DNA of 64,000 nt from an uncultured Gammaproteobacteria bacterium (GCA_964627525.1 CAZVIA010000001.1:8007-72006); one strand, 5' to 3'; positions 29,977-40,134 are shown, counted from the stretch's first letter. Notes: a model not told the origin generated them from the sequence alone. Program-made: numbers and translations.

Positions 29977-30528
29977 ATGTCAAAACAATCTGAAATAGAA
30001 TCAATATTATTTGTAAGTAGTGGAGCTTTGTCTATGACAAAAATAGTCAAGATTTTAGGATTGAAAAAACCTGAAGTAAAAGATTTAATTACAAAATTAA
30101 AAGAAAAATGGAACACTCCAGAATCTGGGGTTCAGTTAATAGAAAATGGAGAAGAAGTGCAATTAATGTCTAGTTCAGAAAATACAGAAGTTGTGCAAGC
30201 GTTTTTAAAAGATGAAACTTCTGGTGAATTAACAAAGCCCGCATTAGAAACACTTTCAATAATTGCGTATCGCCAGCCAATTACAAAACCAGAATTAGAA
30301 CAAATACGTGGAGTGAATTGCAGTTTGATTTTGCGTAATTTATTATTAAGAGGTTTGGTTGCAGAAAAAGAAGATTCAAAAAGACTTCAAACAGTTTATT
30401 GTGTTGCAATGGATTTTATAAAATTATTAGGATTGGAATCTGTTGAACAGTTGCCAGATTTTGAAAAATTAAGACAACATGAATATGTGGAGGATGTTGT
30501 TGCAGGTTTAAAAGAAAACAAAGAATGA
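29977..30528 (+). CDS. scpB: Segregation and condensation protein B
   Basis: IESILFVSSGALSMTKIV winged-helix ScpB. Confidence 0.85.
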   Translation: MSKQSEIESILFVSSGALSMTKIVKILGLKKPEVKDLITKLKEKWNTPESGVQLIENGEEVQLMSSSENTEVVQAFLKDETSGELTKPALETLSIIAYRQPITKPELEQIRGVNCSLILRNLLLRGLVAEKEDSKRLQTVYCVAMDFIKLLGLESVEQLPDFEKLRQHEYVEDVVAGLKENKE

Positions 30529-31526
30529 TTTCAGCTTTGATTGCAGTAGTAATTGGTTTGATAGTTGCTGTAACACCAGTTGCAGATGTTTTTTTGGTTT
30601 TTCAAGATGAGCCAGCACCTGATTTAGCAAGGCATTTTGTTTTAGCAGAAGGTGTGCGTGCAATAGAAAAGGGTGGGGATGTGGTAATAACAAGAACAGG
30701 CTTACCAATTGAGCATAAAAAATATTTACCTCCACGGATGATAGGAGATGTGATTTTTTCAACACCTTTAACAGCTAAGAGTGCTTTGGTGGTTGATTTT
30801 GCAAGTAATGAAATTTTATTTTCAAAAAACATTGATGAACAAAGATCAATTGCAAGTGTAACAAAATTAATGAGTGCACTTGTTGCAATGAATAATATTT
30901 CTAGTTGGGATAAGCAGGTAATAATACAAGATTCAGATTTAAAAACAGGAAGGCAATATTTATATTCTGGAGATAAAATAAATATTCGCGAATTGTTTAG
31001 GGCTGCGTTGATTAGTTCTTCAAATACAGCAACAATGGCATTGGCAAGGGCAACAGGTTTGAGTGAGCAGGAATTTGTAGCTCGCATGAATCAAAAAGCA
31101 AAAGCAATGGGATTGATGCAAACTGTTTTTGTAGAGCCAACTGGCTTGGATCATGATAATGTTTCTACAGCACGTGAGTTGATTGTTTTGTTAAAATTTG
31201 CTTTAGACCAAAAACCTATAAAACATGCAGTGAGTCAATCAGCATATTCAATTAAAGTAAGTGGTACAAAAAGAAAAATTTATGCAACAAATTGGCTGCT
31301 TACTGGACAAGTTAAAAGATTTTCTGATGCAAAAGTAATTGGAGGTAAAACAGGTTTTAATGAGGCAGCGCAATATAATTTTGTGGCACAGTATAAATAT
31401 GAAAATAATTTGGTTTCATCTATAGTACTTGGTGCAGATGATCATTATGATAGGTTTACAGAATCTGACATGTTAGTTAATTGGGTTTTTGAAAATTATA
31501 ATTGGGCAGATGACCCAGAATATTAA
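30525..31526 (+). CDS. D-alanyl-D-alanine carboxypeptidase (peptidase S11-like), membrane anchored
   Basis: SVTK (SxxK), SSN (SxN) and KTG motifs; N-terminal TM. Confidence 0.75.
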   Translation: MISALIAVVIGLIVAVTPVADVFLVFQDEPAPDLARHFVLAEGVRAIEKGGDVVITRTGLPIEHKKYLPPRMIGDVIFSTPLTAKSALVVDFASNEILFSKNIDEQRSIASVTKLMSALVAMNNISSWDKQVIIQDSDLKTGRQYLYSGDKINIRELFRAALISSSNTATMALARATGLSEQEFVARMNQKAKAMGLMQTVFVEPTGLDHDNVSTARELIVLLKFALDQKPIKHAVSQSAYSIKVSGTKRKIYATNWLLTGQVKRFSDAKVIGGKTGFNEAAQYNFVAQYKYENNLVSSIVLGADDHYDRFTESDMLVNWVFENYNWADDPEY

Positions 31527-31539
31527 GCAATTATAAATA

Positions 31540-32019
31540 TTGATTATGTTTTTTCCAGACTGGCTTTTAGTTATGTTAATAAGCAGCTTACCCATAGGTG
31601 AGTTAAGAGCAGGGTTGCCAATTGCTCTGACTGTTTATGATATGCAAGTATGGCATGCATTGTTCTTTAGTATAATAGGAAATATTATTCCAGGATTAGT
31701 TGTTTATTTTTTGATTGATCCAGTGAGTAGGTTGTTGTCTCGCTTAGAGTTTTTTAGAAAATTTTTTGAATGGTTGTTTGAGCGTACAAGAAAAAAATTC
31801 AATAGCAAATACACAACTTCAAAATTTTTAATTTTAGTTTTGTTTATTGGAATACCTTTGCCAATTACTGGTGTTTGGACAGGAGCTTTGGCAGCTTGGT
31901 TGTTTGCAATGCGTCCTAAATACGCAATCCCAGGAATGATCCTAGGACTTTGTATGTCTGCTTTAATTGTATTGATAATTACTCTTGGTTTTTCTGGAAC
32001 ATTAAATATATTTAATTAG
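31540..32019 (+). CDS. Small integral membrane protein (unknown function)
   Basis: 4-5 predicted TM segments. Confidence 0.5.
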   Translation: MIMFFPDWLLVMLISSLPIGELRAGLPIALTVYDMQVWHALFFSIIGNIIPGLVVYFLIDPVSRLLSRLEFFRKFFEWLFERTRKKFNSKYTTSKFLILVLFIGIPLPITGVWTGALAAWLFAMRPKYAIPGMILGLCMSALIVLIITLGFSGTLNIFN

Positions 32020-33023
32020 TCCCAAAGTTCTTTGGCGACCTCCCACATTTCTGGGAGGTTTTTTTGTGTTTTTAACCAGTACCACCATTCACCACCCCAA
32101 ACATAAATTTCAGAAAATCCACCAGCAAGCGCATATTCAATATTTTCTTTAAATAATTCTGGGTTCATGCTTTTGTATTGTTCTTGCACAGTTGAAGTAA
32201 CAGGGGATTTTTCAGTCCAAGGTTCTGTTTGTAGTTCAGATAAAATTATTTCTTCTACACCATTATTAAGTGCATAATTTTGTCGCCAGTAATAAACAGC
32301 AGGGGAGATCGGATATGAAATATAATTAAAAAATGGTTTCCAAATTATTCTATATAAACTTACACCCAAGACATCTCCAAGCTGTCCAGTTCCAGACCAG
32401 TCTCCAAATTCACCACTTGCAGTAACTAAAATTGGTCGTGTATCTAATGACCGCACAATTTCAATTTCTTTTTTTAAAAATTCTAAATCTGGTTTAGGAC
32501 ATTCTCCAAAAAATGGAAGTAGTGGTTCATTTTCAACTTGCCAACGATTAATTGCAGGTTCATTTTTGTATTTTTCAATAACTTCAGGAATCATTTCCAA
32601 AACCTTTTCTTGTTGTTGTTTTTCGTTTAAACTTTTAGCCCAATCAGGCACATGACATTCTGGCCATCTTGGCAAACGCCTACCAACTGCTAAAGTTATT
32701 TTTCCATTTCTTTTGCGCACTTCTTGAATTTGCCAATCAAGATCTTTGAAATCAAAATAATCATCGGTTTTTTCTATTTCATTCCAATAAGCAGAAAGTC
32801 TAAATTCACGAATATTCATTTCATCTAACAGTGCAATAAAAGTTTCTTTCCAATCTAAGTTAAGACTTTTTGCATATTGCTGACTAAAAGTTACACCAAA
32901 GATAGGTTTTTTTTCAGGAGTAAAATCAAGTGTGTAACTTAGGCCATATAAAATTCCAACAACAAAAAGAATTATAATCAACACTAAGCCGTGTTTGTGT
33001 TTTGTTTTATCAAATTTAATCAT
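32016..33023 (-). CDS. Glycoside hydrolase family 5 (clan GH-A), membrane anchored
   Basis: N-terminal TM; NRWQVENEPLL GH5 signature; a second catalytic Glu in ELQTEPW. Confidence 0.7.
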   Translation of the reverse strand: MIKFDKTKHKHGLVLIIILFVVGILYGLSYTLDFTPEKKPIFGVTFSQQYAKSLNLDWKETFIALLDEMNIREFRLSAYWNEIEKTDDYFDFKDLDWQIQEVRKRNGKITLAVGRRLPRWPECHVPDWAKSLNEKQQQEKVLEMIPEVIEKYKNEPAINRWQVENEPLLPFFGECPKPDLEFLKKEIEIVRSLDTRPILVTASGEFGDWSGTGQLGDVLGVSLYRIIWKPFFNYISYPISPAVYYWRQNYALNNGVEEIILSELQTEPWTEKSPVTSTVQEQYKSMNPELFKENIEYALAGGFSEIYVWGGEWWYWLKTQKNLPEMWEVAKELWD

Positions 33024-34342
33024 AAGCCTGGTTCTTCATCGCGTGCTTCATGCCCAATATATCTTAATAAGTCGTGTGCAATAGAATTTTCTTTACAAAT
33101 TTTTGCATAAACATACGCACTGTTTCTTGGTTTACGTTTTTGTGTTTTGTAATCAATGCTTATTAAACCAAATCTTGGTTCCAAACCTTTGTCCCACTCA
33201 AAATTATCTACTAAAGACCAAAAGCAATACCCCCAAACATCAGCACCTGCTTTAATTGCATGATAAACTTCTTTTGTGTGACTTACAATAAATCTACAAC
33301 GACGATGATCATTTAAAGCAGCCAAACCATTTTCAGTTATAAACATCGGCAAGTTATATTGTTTCATGTTCATAATAGTTTGAAATAAACCATTTGGATA
33401 AATTTCCCAACCAAGGTCAGAACCTTCGCGATGTTCTTCACGAGCATCAACTGTTTTGATTACAAACAAACCACTTTTACGAATTCTTGTGTGAAAATAA
33501 TAATTTATCCCAATGAAATCATGATAGCCTTTTGTTTTGCGCAAAAAATAATGGTTCCAAACATAATTTAATAATTTTTGTTTTATGAAATGTTCAAATA
33601 ACCACCACCTGTATGATTCAATTGAAAAAGTATTTTTTGCAATTCCAACAAATGCAATTTTGTCCTGTTTGTGAATAGTTTTAAATGCTTTTTTGTGTGC
33701 ACGTGCCATGTTGCGCAAAACTTTTCTATAAGCAAAAACAGATTTTTTTTGTGGTGGCCAAAGTCCTCGTAAAAAACCATTGCTTGCATAAACATTTGGT
33801 TCGTTTATTGTAATCCAGTAATTTATTTTTTTGTGGTACTCTTTTGCCATTTTTTCAACAAATCTATTAAAGTAAAAAATAGATTTTTTAGATTTCCATC
33901 CACCTATTTCAGAAAACCACACAGGATTTGTAAAATGATGTAAAGTCAGCATTATTTTTATTTTCTTTTTCGTTAATTCATCAAAAACTTTGTGGTAATG
34001 CCGGATTGCTTCGTGATTAAATTTTCCCGGTTCTGGCTCTATACGACTCCACTCAATAGAAAGTCGGTGAATTTTGTGATTAAATTTTTTAGCTAAAGCA
34101 AAATCTTCTTTAAAGCGATTAAACTGATCAGCAGCATGGAAAGAAGTTGTGCCATCTAAAATATTTCCATTTTTTTCTTCCCACTTAGACCAATCATTTG
34201 TATTTCCACCTTCAACTTGATGAGCAGAAGTTGCAGCACCCCAAAGAAATCCTTTTGGAAATTTTAATGCATCATGATCATGTATCTTACAAGTTTTACA
34301 TGTGTGATTATTGTGGTTTGTCTCTGTTTTTTTATGCGCCAT
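33020..34342 (-). CDS. Glycoside hydrolase family 1 (beta-glucosidase-like)
   Basis: FLWGAATSAHQVEG N-terminal GH1 signature and MFITENG nucleophile motif. Confidence 0.85.
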   Translation of the reverse strand: MAHKKTETNHNNHTCKTCKIHDHDALKFPKGFLWGAATSAHQVEGGNTNDWSKWEEKNGNILDGTTSFHAADQFNRFKEDFALAKKFNHKIHRLSIEWSRIEPEPGKFNHEAIRHYHKVFDELTKKKIKIMLTLHHFTNPVWFSEIGGWKSKKSIFYFNRFVEKMAKEYHKKINYWITINEPNVYASNGFLRGLWPPQKKSVFAYRKVLRNMARAHKKAFKTIHKQDKIAFVGIAKNTFSIESYRWWLFEHFIKQKLLNYVWNHYFLRKTKGYHDFIGINYYFHTRIRKSGLFVIKTVDAREEHREGSDLGWEIYPNGLFQTIMNMKQYNLPMFITENGLAALNDHRRCRFIVSHTKEVYHAIKAGADVWGYCFWSLVDNFEWDKGLEPRFGLISIDYKTQKRKPRNSAYVYAKICKENSIAHDLLRYIGHEARDEEPGL

Positions 34343-34343
34343 A

Positions 34344-35252
34344 TTAAAGTGAAATAAACATTAAACCAGTCACAATAAATGCAACTGCATAAACAGTTAT
34401 GATTAAACTTTTTCCAAGAAGTTTTTCATCAATAAGTTTTGGATATTTTTTGTGGAAAAAAATTACTAAGAAAATTAAGAAAACATATTGCACACCTTGA
34501 AGTGCATTTACAATAGTCGCGCTTGTCAAAGAAATTGCATAGAGCAGTAATACATATGCACCTGCGCCAAAAATTTTGTTTGAAAGTATGAGCCATTCTT
34601 TTTTTGGTCTGCGTTTTTTTGTTTCTTTAAACATTGCCTTGCGAACTGTAGGGGATAGTAGAAATAACAATGCAACTAGTATTGAACCAGTTCTGCTCCA
34701 AATTAATCCATTTACAAAATCTACATTTAAGAACAAAAGTCGAGTTGTCGCAAATGATAATCCAAATAACACACTTGCAATCAACATATATTTAAGTGCG
34801 TGTACAGAGATTTTTTTTGTGATTTTGTCGCGAGTGTTATATGCAATTAATAATGATCCCGCTATAAGTAATATAATTGCTAGGCTTGCGTAGTTTGAAA
34901 GTGTTTCTTGAAAAAATAAATAAGAAAATATAAATGTAAAAATTGGAATTATGCCGCCAATAAATGGAGCAACACGTGTGGCAGGTTGTATTTGTAAAGA
35001 TTTAAAAAAGAAAAGTGAGGCAAGTGCAAAACTTCCTCCAACAACCAATGCTATTAAAATATTTTTTGGAGAAATCCATGTTAAGCCAAAAGGTGCGAGT
35101 ATAAATGCAAAAAGCGAAAGTATGTTTATGTAAACTGTATAAACATATTCGTTTTTTACAGCTTTTGAAACAACAAATCTATCAGCCAAAAATACCACAG
35201 CATAAGTTAGGTGTGCTATTAAAACAATTATGAGCCAAAACGGTATGGTCAT
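34344..35252 (-). CDS. EamA/DMT-family transporter
   Basis: ~10 TM, two repeated halves. Confidence 0.6.
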   Translation of the reverse strand: MTIPFWLIIVLIAHLTYAVVFLADRFVVSKAVKNEYVYTVYINILSLFAFILAPFGLTWISPKNILIALVVGGSFALASLFFFKSLQIQPATRVAPFIGGIIPIFTFIFSYLFFQETLSNYASLAIILLIAGSLLIAYNTRDKITKKISVHALKYMLIASVLFGLSFATTRLLFLNVDFVNGLIWSRTGSILVALLFLLSPTVRKAMFKETKKRRPKKEWLILSNKIFGAGAYVLLLYAISLTSATIVNALQGVQYVFLIFLVIFFHKKYPKLIDEKLLGKSLIITVYAVAFIVTGLMFISL

Positions 35253-35328
35253 ATAAAATATTATAACATAAAATCACCCCAACTTAAGAGTGTTTTTATT
35301 TTTGTGACCATCTAATTGTGTAACAATG

Positions 35329-35402
35329 TACCAGAGCCGGGAATTGAACCCGGGACCTCGACGTTATGAGTGTCGCGCTCTAACCAACTGAGCTACCCTG
35401 GC
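35329..35402 (-). tRNA. tRNA-Met (anticodon CAU), elongator type (could be tRNA-Ile2/lysidine)
   Basis: Cloverleaf folds by hand: acceptor GCCAGGG/CTCTGGT, D arm GCTC..GAGC, anticodon loop CTCATAA, T arm CCGGG-TTCAATT-CCCGG; no 3x GC anticodon stem, so not an initiator. Confidence 0.8.
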
Positions 35403-35419
35403 AGTACTTAAAAAATAAG

Positions 35420-36406
35420 TTAGTGTATAGTCAAAAGAACAATTTCTGGTGGAATAAACAAACGTGCGCGCGGACCAGATTCACCTAAACCTGTTGTAAC
35501 ATATAATGGCAAATTATTCCACACAGACAAGCCATCAAAATACTTTCTTGTTAAAACAGTGCCTGGACGTGCAATTGGACCAATAAATGGTAAGTAAATT
35601 TGTCCACCATGTGTGTGTCCTGATACTACCAAATCTACCACTGTTTGGTCAATGTTTTTTTTATCTAGGTATTCTTGAAAATGAAATAAACCATCTGGGT
35701 TGTGAGTCATCAAGATTGTTGGATATTTTGTTGGTTTAAATTCAGTGAAGTCTTCTTGATTAGCCCAAGCATCATCATTGCCATATAAAGTCAGTGTTTG
35801 ATCGCCAATCTGCACGTTTGTTTGCATGTTATCTAAGAGGTTCACACCTAATTTACGAATTACTTCCATTGTTTGTTGTTCAACAGTTCCAGTTCTTATA
35901 TCTCCATACAAACCACCCAAACCATGCTCATGATTTCCATTTACTGCAAACACTTTGTATTTTTTTGCAAGCTGTTCAAGAGGTGCTAAAAATTTTTCTT
36001 CTTTTTCAATTTGTGTTCCGTTATTTTGCACAAAATCACCTGGGATCAAAATAAAATCAGGATTTAATTTATCAACTTTTTCCACAATTTTTTCCAAAAA
36101 CTTTTCACGTTTATAAGGACCTACTTGTATATCTGAAAAAACCGCAACTTTAATAGGTGTTTTAAGTTCAGCTGCAATATCTATTTCAACTTTTTTTGTA
36201 AAAACTATTTGCGGTTCAATAAAACTTCCATAAATAATAGTTATAGCCCCAAGTAAAAGTACAACAGCAATTATCAAACTTTTGTTTTTGTTTTTGCCAG
36301 CCCAAAGATTTTTATTTAAACGATCGCGTAGCAAAAAAAACCCTACTATTGTGGTGGGAACAGTGCCAAGTAAAATTAATAAGTCAAAAAATATTGAGAC
36401 TTTCAT
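35420..36406 (-). CDS. Calcineurin-like metallophosphoesterase, membrane anchored
   Basis: GDFV, GNHE and GHTHGGQ motifs. Confidence 0.75.
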   Translation of the reverse strand: MKVSIFFDLLILLGTVPTTIVGFFLLRDRLNKNLWAGKNKNKSLIIAVVLLLGAITIIYGSFIEPQIVFTKKVEIDIAAELKTPIKVAVFSDIQVGPYKREKFLEKIVEKVDKLNPDFILIPGDFVQNNGTQIEKEEKFLAPLEQLAKKYKVFAVNGNHEHGLGGLYGDIRTGTVEQQTMEVIRKLGVNLLDNMQTNVQIGDQTLTLYGNDDAWANQEDFTEFKPTKYPTILMTHNPDGLFHFQEYLDKKNIDQTVVDLVVSGHTHGGQIYLPFIGPIARPGTVLTRKYFDGLSVWNNLPLYVTTGLGESGPRARLFIPPEIVLLTIH

Positions 36407-36465
36407 AACGAAATTAAGTCTAACATTTGTAAAAGGTTTTGTCTATATAGTTTTAAAAATCTTTT

Positions 36466-36504
36466 TTAAAAAATTAGACCCCTTGGTGGTTGAATACCAA
36501 GGGG
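36466..36504 (-). terminator. Terminator of the tRNA-Leu 3' extension
   Basis: ccccttggt...accaagggg hairpin followed by a T-run on the minus strand. Confidence 0.6.
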
Positions 36505-36506
36505 CC

Positions 36507-36710
36507 TCTGGGACAATCTAATGTTGAGCCTATCAGATGGGATTGCACACCACCCCATGCCCACCGACGCTTTTTACAAGATTATTGCTGGCTCAGACAA
36601 CAACCCGATTACGTCTGCCACAAGCACGCGGCTATTCAAGGATGCACAATTAGTTTGCTAGGGTGTGTGCACCTTAGCATGTCTGTGAAAAGTTGTCAAG
36701 TAGTTTCTTA
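36507..36710 (-). ncRNA. Candidate ~200-nt structured RNA co-transcribed downstream of tRNA-Leu (unknown identity)
   Basis: GC-richer ORF-free stretch between the tRNA 3' end and a strong terminator; the overlapping + ORF 36490-36852 runs through the tRNA and is spurious. Confidence 0.3.
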
Positions 36711-36797
36711 TGGTGGGCGAGGAGGGACTCGAACCCTCACGTTGTTGCCAACACTGGATTTTGAGTCCAGCGCGTCTACCAGTTCCGCCACTCGCCC
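36711..36797 (-). tRNA. tRNA-Leu (anticodon CAA), CCA encoded
   Basis: Acceptor GGGCGAG/CTCGCCC, anticodon loop CTCAAAA, long variable arm, T arm GAGGG-TTCGAGT-CCCTC. Confidence 0.85.
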
Positions 36798-36873
36798 GAG
36801 TGAATCTTATAAAGTAATGTGGAAAAGCATAGCTCAAAACGCAATTTTTTGATATACTTTGAACAGCAATATT

Positions 36874-37641
36874 ATGTCACAAATCATTGCAGTTGTCAAC
36901 CAAAAAGGGGGAGTCGGTAAAACAACAACCGCGGTAAACCTTGCAGCAGCTTTGTCTCAGCAAGGTAAGTTTGTTTTACTTGTTGATTTGGATCCACAAG
37001 GAAATGCTACAAGTGGTCTTGGTGTTGATCACAGAACTATTGAGCATGGAGTTTATGATGCAATTATTGGCGCAAAACCAATTCATCATGTTGTGCAAGA
37101 AACAGCGCACGAAGGTTATAGACTTGCACCTGCAACAATGAATTTATCTGGTGCAAATATTGAACTTGTTGATGTGGAGGACAGAGAGTTTCAACTTTAT
37201 AAAGTTTTAATGGAAGTAAAACATGCATACGACTTTATAGTAATTGATTGCCCACCTTCACTTGGTTTGTTAACGATCAATGGTTTAGTTGCTTCAGATA
37301 AAATTTTAATTCCAGTACAAGCAGAGTATTATGCTTTAGAAGGTTTGGGGCAATTGTTGCATACAATTAATTTAGTAAAAGAAAATCTAAAGCCAGAACT
37401 AGAAGTGTTAGGAGCAATTTTAACAATGTATGACACTCGCAATAGATTGTCTCAAGATGTTTTTGAAGAATTATACAGATATTTTCCAGACACAATTTTT
37501 AGAAGTATAATTCCAAGAACAGTTCGTTTGGCTGAAGCGCCAAGTTTTGGAAAAACAATTTTTAATTATGACCCAAGTGGTAAGGGGGCAAAAGCATATC
37601 GTAGATTATCTCGCGAAGTGCTTGATGTGCTTGATCGTTAA
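36874..37641 (+). CDS. parA: ParA/Soj partition ATPase
   Basis: IAVVNQKGGVGKTTTAVNL deviant Walker A. Confidence 0.85.
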   Translation: MSQIIAVVNQKGGVGKTTTAVNLAAALSQQGKFVLLVDLDPQGNATSGLGVDHRTIEHGVYDAIIGAKPIHHVVQETAHEGYRLAPATMNLSGANIELVDVEDREFQLYKVLMEVKHAYDFIVIDCPPSLGLLTINGLVASDKILIPVQAEYYALEGLGQLLHTINLVKENLKPELEVLGAILTMYDTRNRLSQDVFEELYRYFPDTIFRSIIPRTVRLAEAPSFGKTIFNYDPSGKGAKAYRRLSREVLDVLDR

Positions 37642-37647
37642 TAAATT

Positions 37648-38502
37648 ATGGCATTAGGAAGAGGGCTAGGATCATTGATCCCACAAAAACAAAATAACGC
37701 AACTGCTACTACTGTGACTGAAGTAAAGTCACACGGGCTTTTGCATGTGCCAACAAAAGATATAGATGTTAATCCTGAACAACCGCGAAAAGTTTTTACA
37801 AAAGAAGCTTTGGATGATTTAGCAGCATCAATAAAAGTACATGGAATTTTACAACCGCTTTTGGTTGTGGAAAAAGCAGATGGAACATATGAATTAATTG
37901 CTGGTGAAAGGCGATTGCGCTGTGCACAAAATCTTGGTTTGCCAACAGTGCCAGTTGTTGTAAAAGAAATTACTGATCAGCAGGAAAAATTAGAAGTTGC
38001 CTTGATTGAAAATATTCAACGTGATGATTTAAATATTATTGAAGAGGCTTGTGCTTATGAACGTTTGATGAATGAGTTTAATTTAACTCATGATCAGGTT
38101 GCACAAAGAGTTGGAAAGAATAGAAGTACAATTAGTAACACAATTAGATTATTGAATTTGCCAGATCAAATTCAAAAAGCATTGATAGACAAACAAATTA
38201 GCATGGGTAAGGCGCGTGCATTGTTAGGTGTGAAAGATAAAGAAGAGCAAAAAAGAATGTTTAAAACAATGATGGGTGCTGGCGTAACTGTTAGAGATGT
38301 TGAGCAAGAGGTTTCGCGTAAAAGACAAAGCACAAGAGGTGTGCGTCGTCGTGATCCAAATATTATTGATAAAGAAAACAAGCTTCGGGAAAAGCTTGGT
38401 ACAAAAGTTCGTATTACTAGAACAGGGAATAGGGGAAAAATTGAAATTGAATATTATTCAGACGAAGAATTAAATAGTCTTAGCGATCTTCTTCTGTCTT
38501 AA
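37648..38502 (+). CDS. parB: ParB/Spo0J
   Basis: GILQPLLV, GERRLRCAQNLG ParB box and HTH. Confidence 0.85.
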   Translation: MALGRGLGSLIPQKQNNATATTVTEVKSHGLLHVPTKDIDVNPEQPRKVFTKEALDDLAASIKVHGILQPLLVVEKADGTYELIAGERRLRCAQNLGLPTVPVVVKEITDQQEKLEVALIENIQRDDLNIIEEACAYERLMNEFNLTHDQVAQRVGKNRSTISNTIRLLNLPDQIQKALIDKQISMGKARALLGVKDKEEQKRMFKTMMGAGVTVRDVEQEVSRKRQSTRGVRRRDPNIIDKENKLREKLGTKVRITRTGNRGKIEIEYYSDEELNSLSDLLLS

Positions 38503-39961
38503 TTTTTGTAATTAACCAAGACGCAAGTGAGCGTTTGCTGTGAGTGCGAATAGCACTGCGCGCGTGATTGGTTTTTACAAACTTAATCCAGTCTGGGCTT
38601 GGACCCTTTCTTTTTTTATCTGTTAAAATTTCTATAACATCTCCACTTTTCAAAGATTGATTCAAAGGAACCATTGAATCATTAACACGTGCTCCTGTAC
38701 AAGTGTTTCCAATATCAGTGTGAATCATATATGCAAAATCCACTGGCGTTGCTTCTTCTGGTAAATCAATTACATCACCTTTAGGTGTAAAAACAAAAAT
38801 ATGATTTTTAAAAAAATCTAGTTTAATTGATTCTAAGTCTTTTAATTTGTGAACTATGTTTTTTTGAACTTCTGCCAAGTCTTTAATCCACTGCAAGCGT
38901 TTAACAGGAATTTTTGATCCTTTTTCATCATAATGCCAATGTGAAGCAACACCATATTCGGCTTCTTCGTGCATTTGTGTAGTACGAATTTGGAATTCAA
39001 CAATTTCACCATCTTCACAAAAAACCGTTGTATGCAAAGATTGATAGCCATTTGGTTTTGGTTGAGCAATATAATCTTTAATACGACCTTTTAAAGGACG
39101 CCAAAGTTTATGAATCACACCAAGTGCTGCATAACAATCAGCAACAGATGGAACTAAAATGCGTAAAGCAACCAAATCATGAATGCGATCTATGCTTCGT
39201 TCATATCGCAAAAGTTTTCTGTACAAACTATATAAACGTTTTGTGCGACCGTGCATGTCATTATATGGAATGTGTGTGTCTTTAAGATTTTTTTCAACAA
39301 TAATTCCAATTTTTTTCAAATATTCTTCTTTCTTTTTATAGCGCTCTTCAATTAGACTTGTAACCCATTTATATTCTTTTGGGTAAACATATTTAAAAGA
39401 TGCATCTTCCAAACGACCCTTCATATCTCCCATACCAAGTCGGTTTGCAATTGGCGCATAAATTTCTAAACTTTCCAAAGCGATGCGGTATTGTTTTTTT
39501 GGTGGAAGTGAATCCAAAGTACCAAGGTTGTGTAAGCGGTCAGCAAATTTTACAATCATCACACGAACATCTTTTGCAACTGCCACAAACATTTTACGTA
39601 GATTTTCAATGTAACGTTCAACACCACGATATTTTAATTTACCCAATTTTGTAATTCCTTCAATTAATTCTGCAATATCTTTTCCAAAATTATGTTCAAT
39701 TTCTTCAATACTTACATTTGTATCTTCTGGTACATCATGAAGTAGGGCAGTGATAATAATTGATTGATCCATTTGCATGTCCGCAAGTTTTTGTGCAGCT
39801 GCCAAAGGATGAATTATGTAAGATTCCCCGGATTTTCTTTTCTGACCTTTATGCGCATTTTCTGCAAATTCATAAGCAAGCCGGATTAGTTCTAGATCAG
39901 CTTTTGGGTTGGTCTCTTTAATTGTTGCTAAAAGTTTTTCTATTCCAGTAATTTCTACCAT
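38480..39961 (-). CDS. rel: Short bifunctional (p)ppGpp synthetase/hydrolase (HD + synthetase + TGS)
   Basis: HDVPEDT HD motif; RTKRLYSLYRKL...LRILV synthetase; TGS-like C-terminus. Confidence 0.8.
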   Translation of the reverse strand: MVEITGIEKLLATIKETNPKADLELIRLAYEFAENAHKGQKRKSGESYIIHPLAAAQKLADMQMDQSIIITALLHDVPEDTNVSIEEIEHNFGKDIAELIEGITKLGKLKYRGVERYIENLRKMFVAVAKDVRVMIVKFADRLHNLGTLDSLPPKKQYRIALESLEIYAPIANRLGMGDMKGRLEDASFKYVYPKEYKWVTSLIEERYKKKEEYLKKIGIIVEKNLKDTHIPYNDMHGRTKRLYSLYRKLLRYERSIDRIHDLVALRILVPSVADCYAALGVIHKLWRPLKGRIKDYIAQPKPNGYQSLHTTVFCEDGEIVEFQIRTTQMHEEAEYGVASHWHYDEKGSKIPVKRLQWIKDLAEVQKNIVHKLKDLESIKLDFFKNHIFVFTPKGDVIDLPEEATPVDFAYMIHTDIGNTCTGARVNDSMVPLNQSLKSGDVIEILTDKKRKGPSPDWIKFVKTNHARSAIRTHSKRSLASWLITKIKTEEDR

Positions 39962-39985
39962 ATCATATATCCACCGTAGCTTTTC

Positions 39986-40014
39986 TTGACAAAATTGTCC
40001 AGGTGTGCTATATT
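39986..40014 (+). promoter_or_regulatory. Promoter TTGACA-N17-TGC-TATATT in the rel-topA intergenic region
   Basis: cttgacaaaattgtccaggtgtgctatatt. Confidence 0.5.
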
Positions 40015-40020
40015 GTAACT

Positions 40021-40079
40021 GGTGATGTTCGGGTAATACCGAATGCTAGGGGAAAGCCGCCGGGCTACGGCGGTTTTTT
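40021..40079 (+). ncRNA. Candidate ~60-nt small RNA
   Basis: Consensus promoter, two hairpins (ttcggg-taata-cccgaa; gccgcc-gggcta-cggcgg + T6). Confidence 0.3.
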
Positions 40080-40098
40080 CTTTGTTTAATTTTAGGAC

Positions 40099-40128
40099 TT
40101 GAAAAAATATTGCGGATTGTGCTAATAT
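40099..40128 (+). promoter_or_regulatory. Promoter TTGAAA-N18-TGC-TAATAT
   Basis: cttgaaaaaatattgcggattgtgctaatat. Confidence 0.4.
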
Positions 40129-40134
40129 ATATCC

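Noticed and set aside
36490-36852. 120-aa ORF
   Set aside because: Runs straight through tRNA-Leu and its terminator
40051-40073. ggggaaagccgccgggctacgg resembling the RNase P CR-I GGAAAGUCCGGGCUCC
   Set aside because: It is simply the stem of a T-run terminator hairpin; no other RNase P elements nearby
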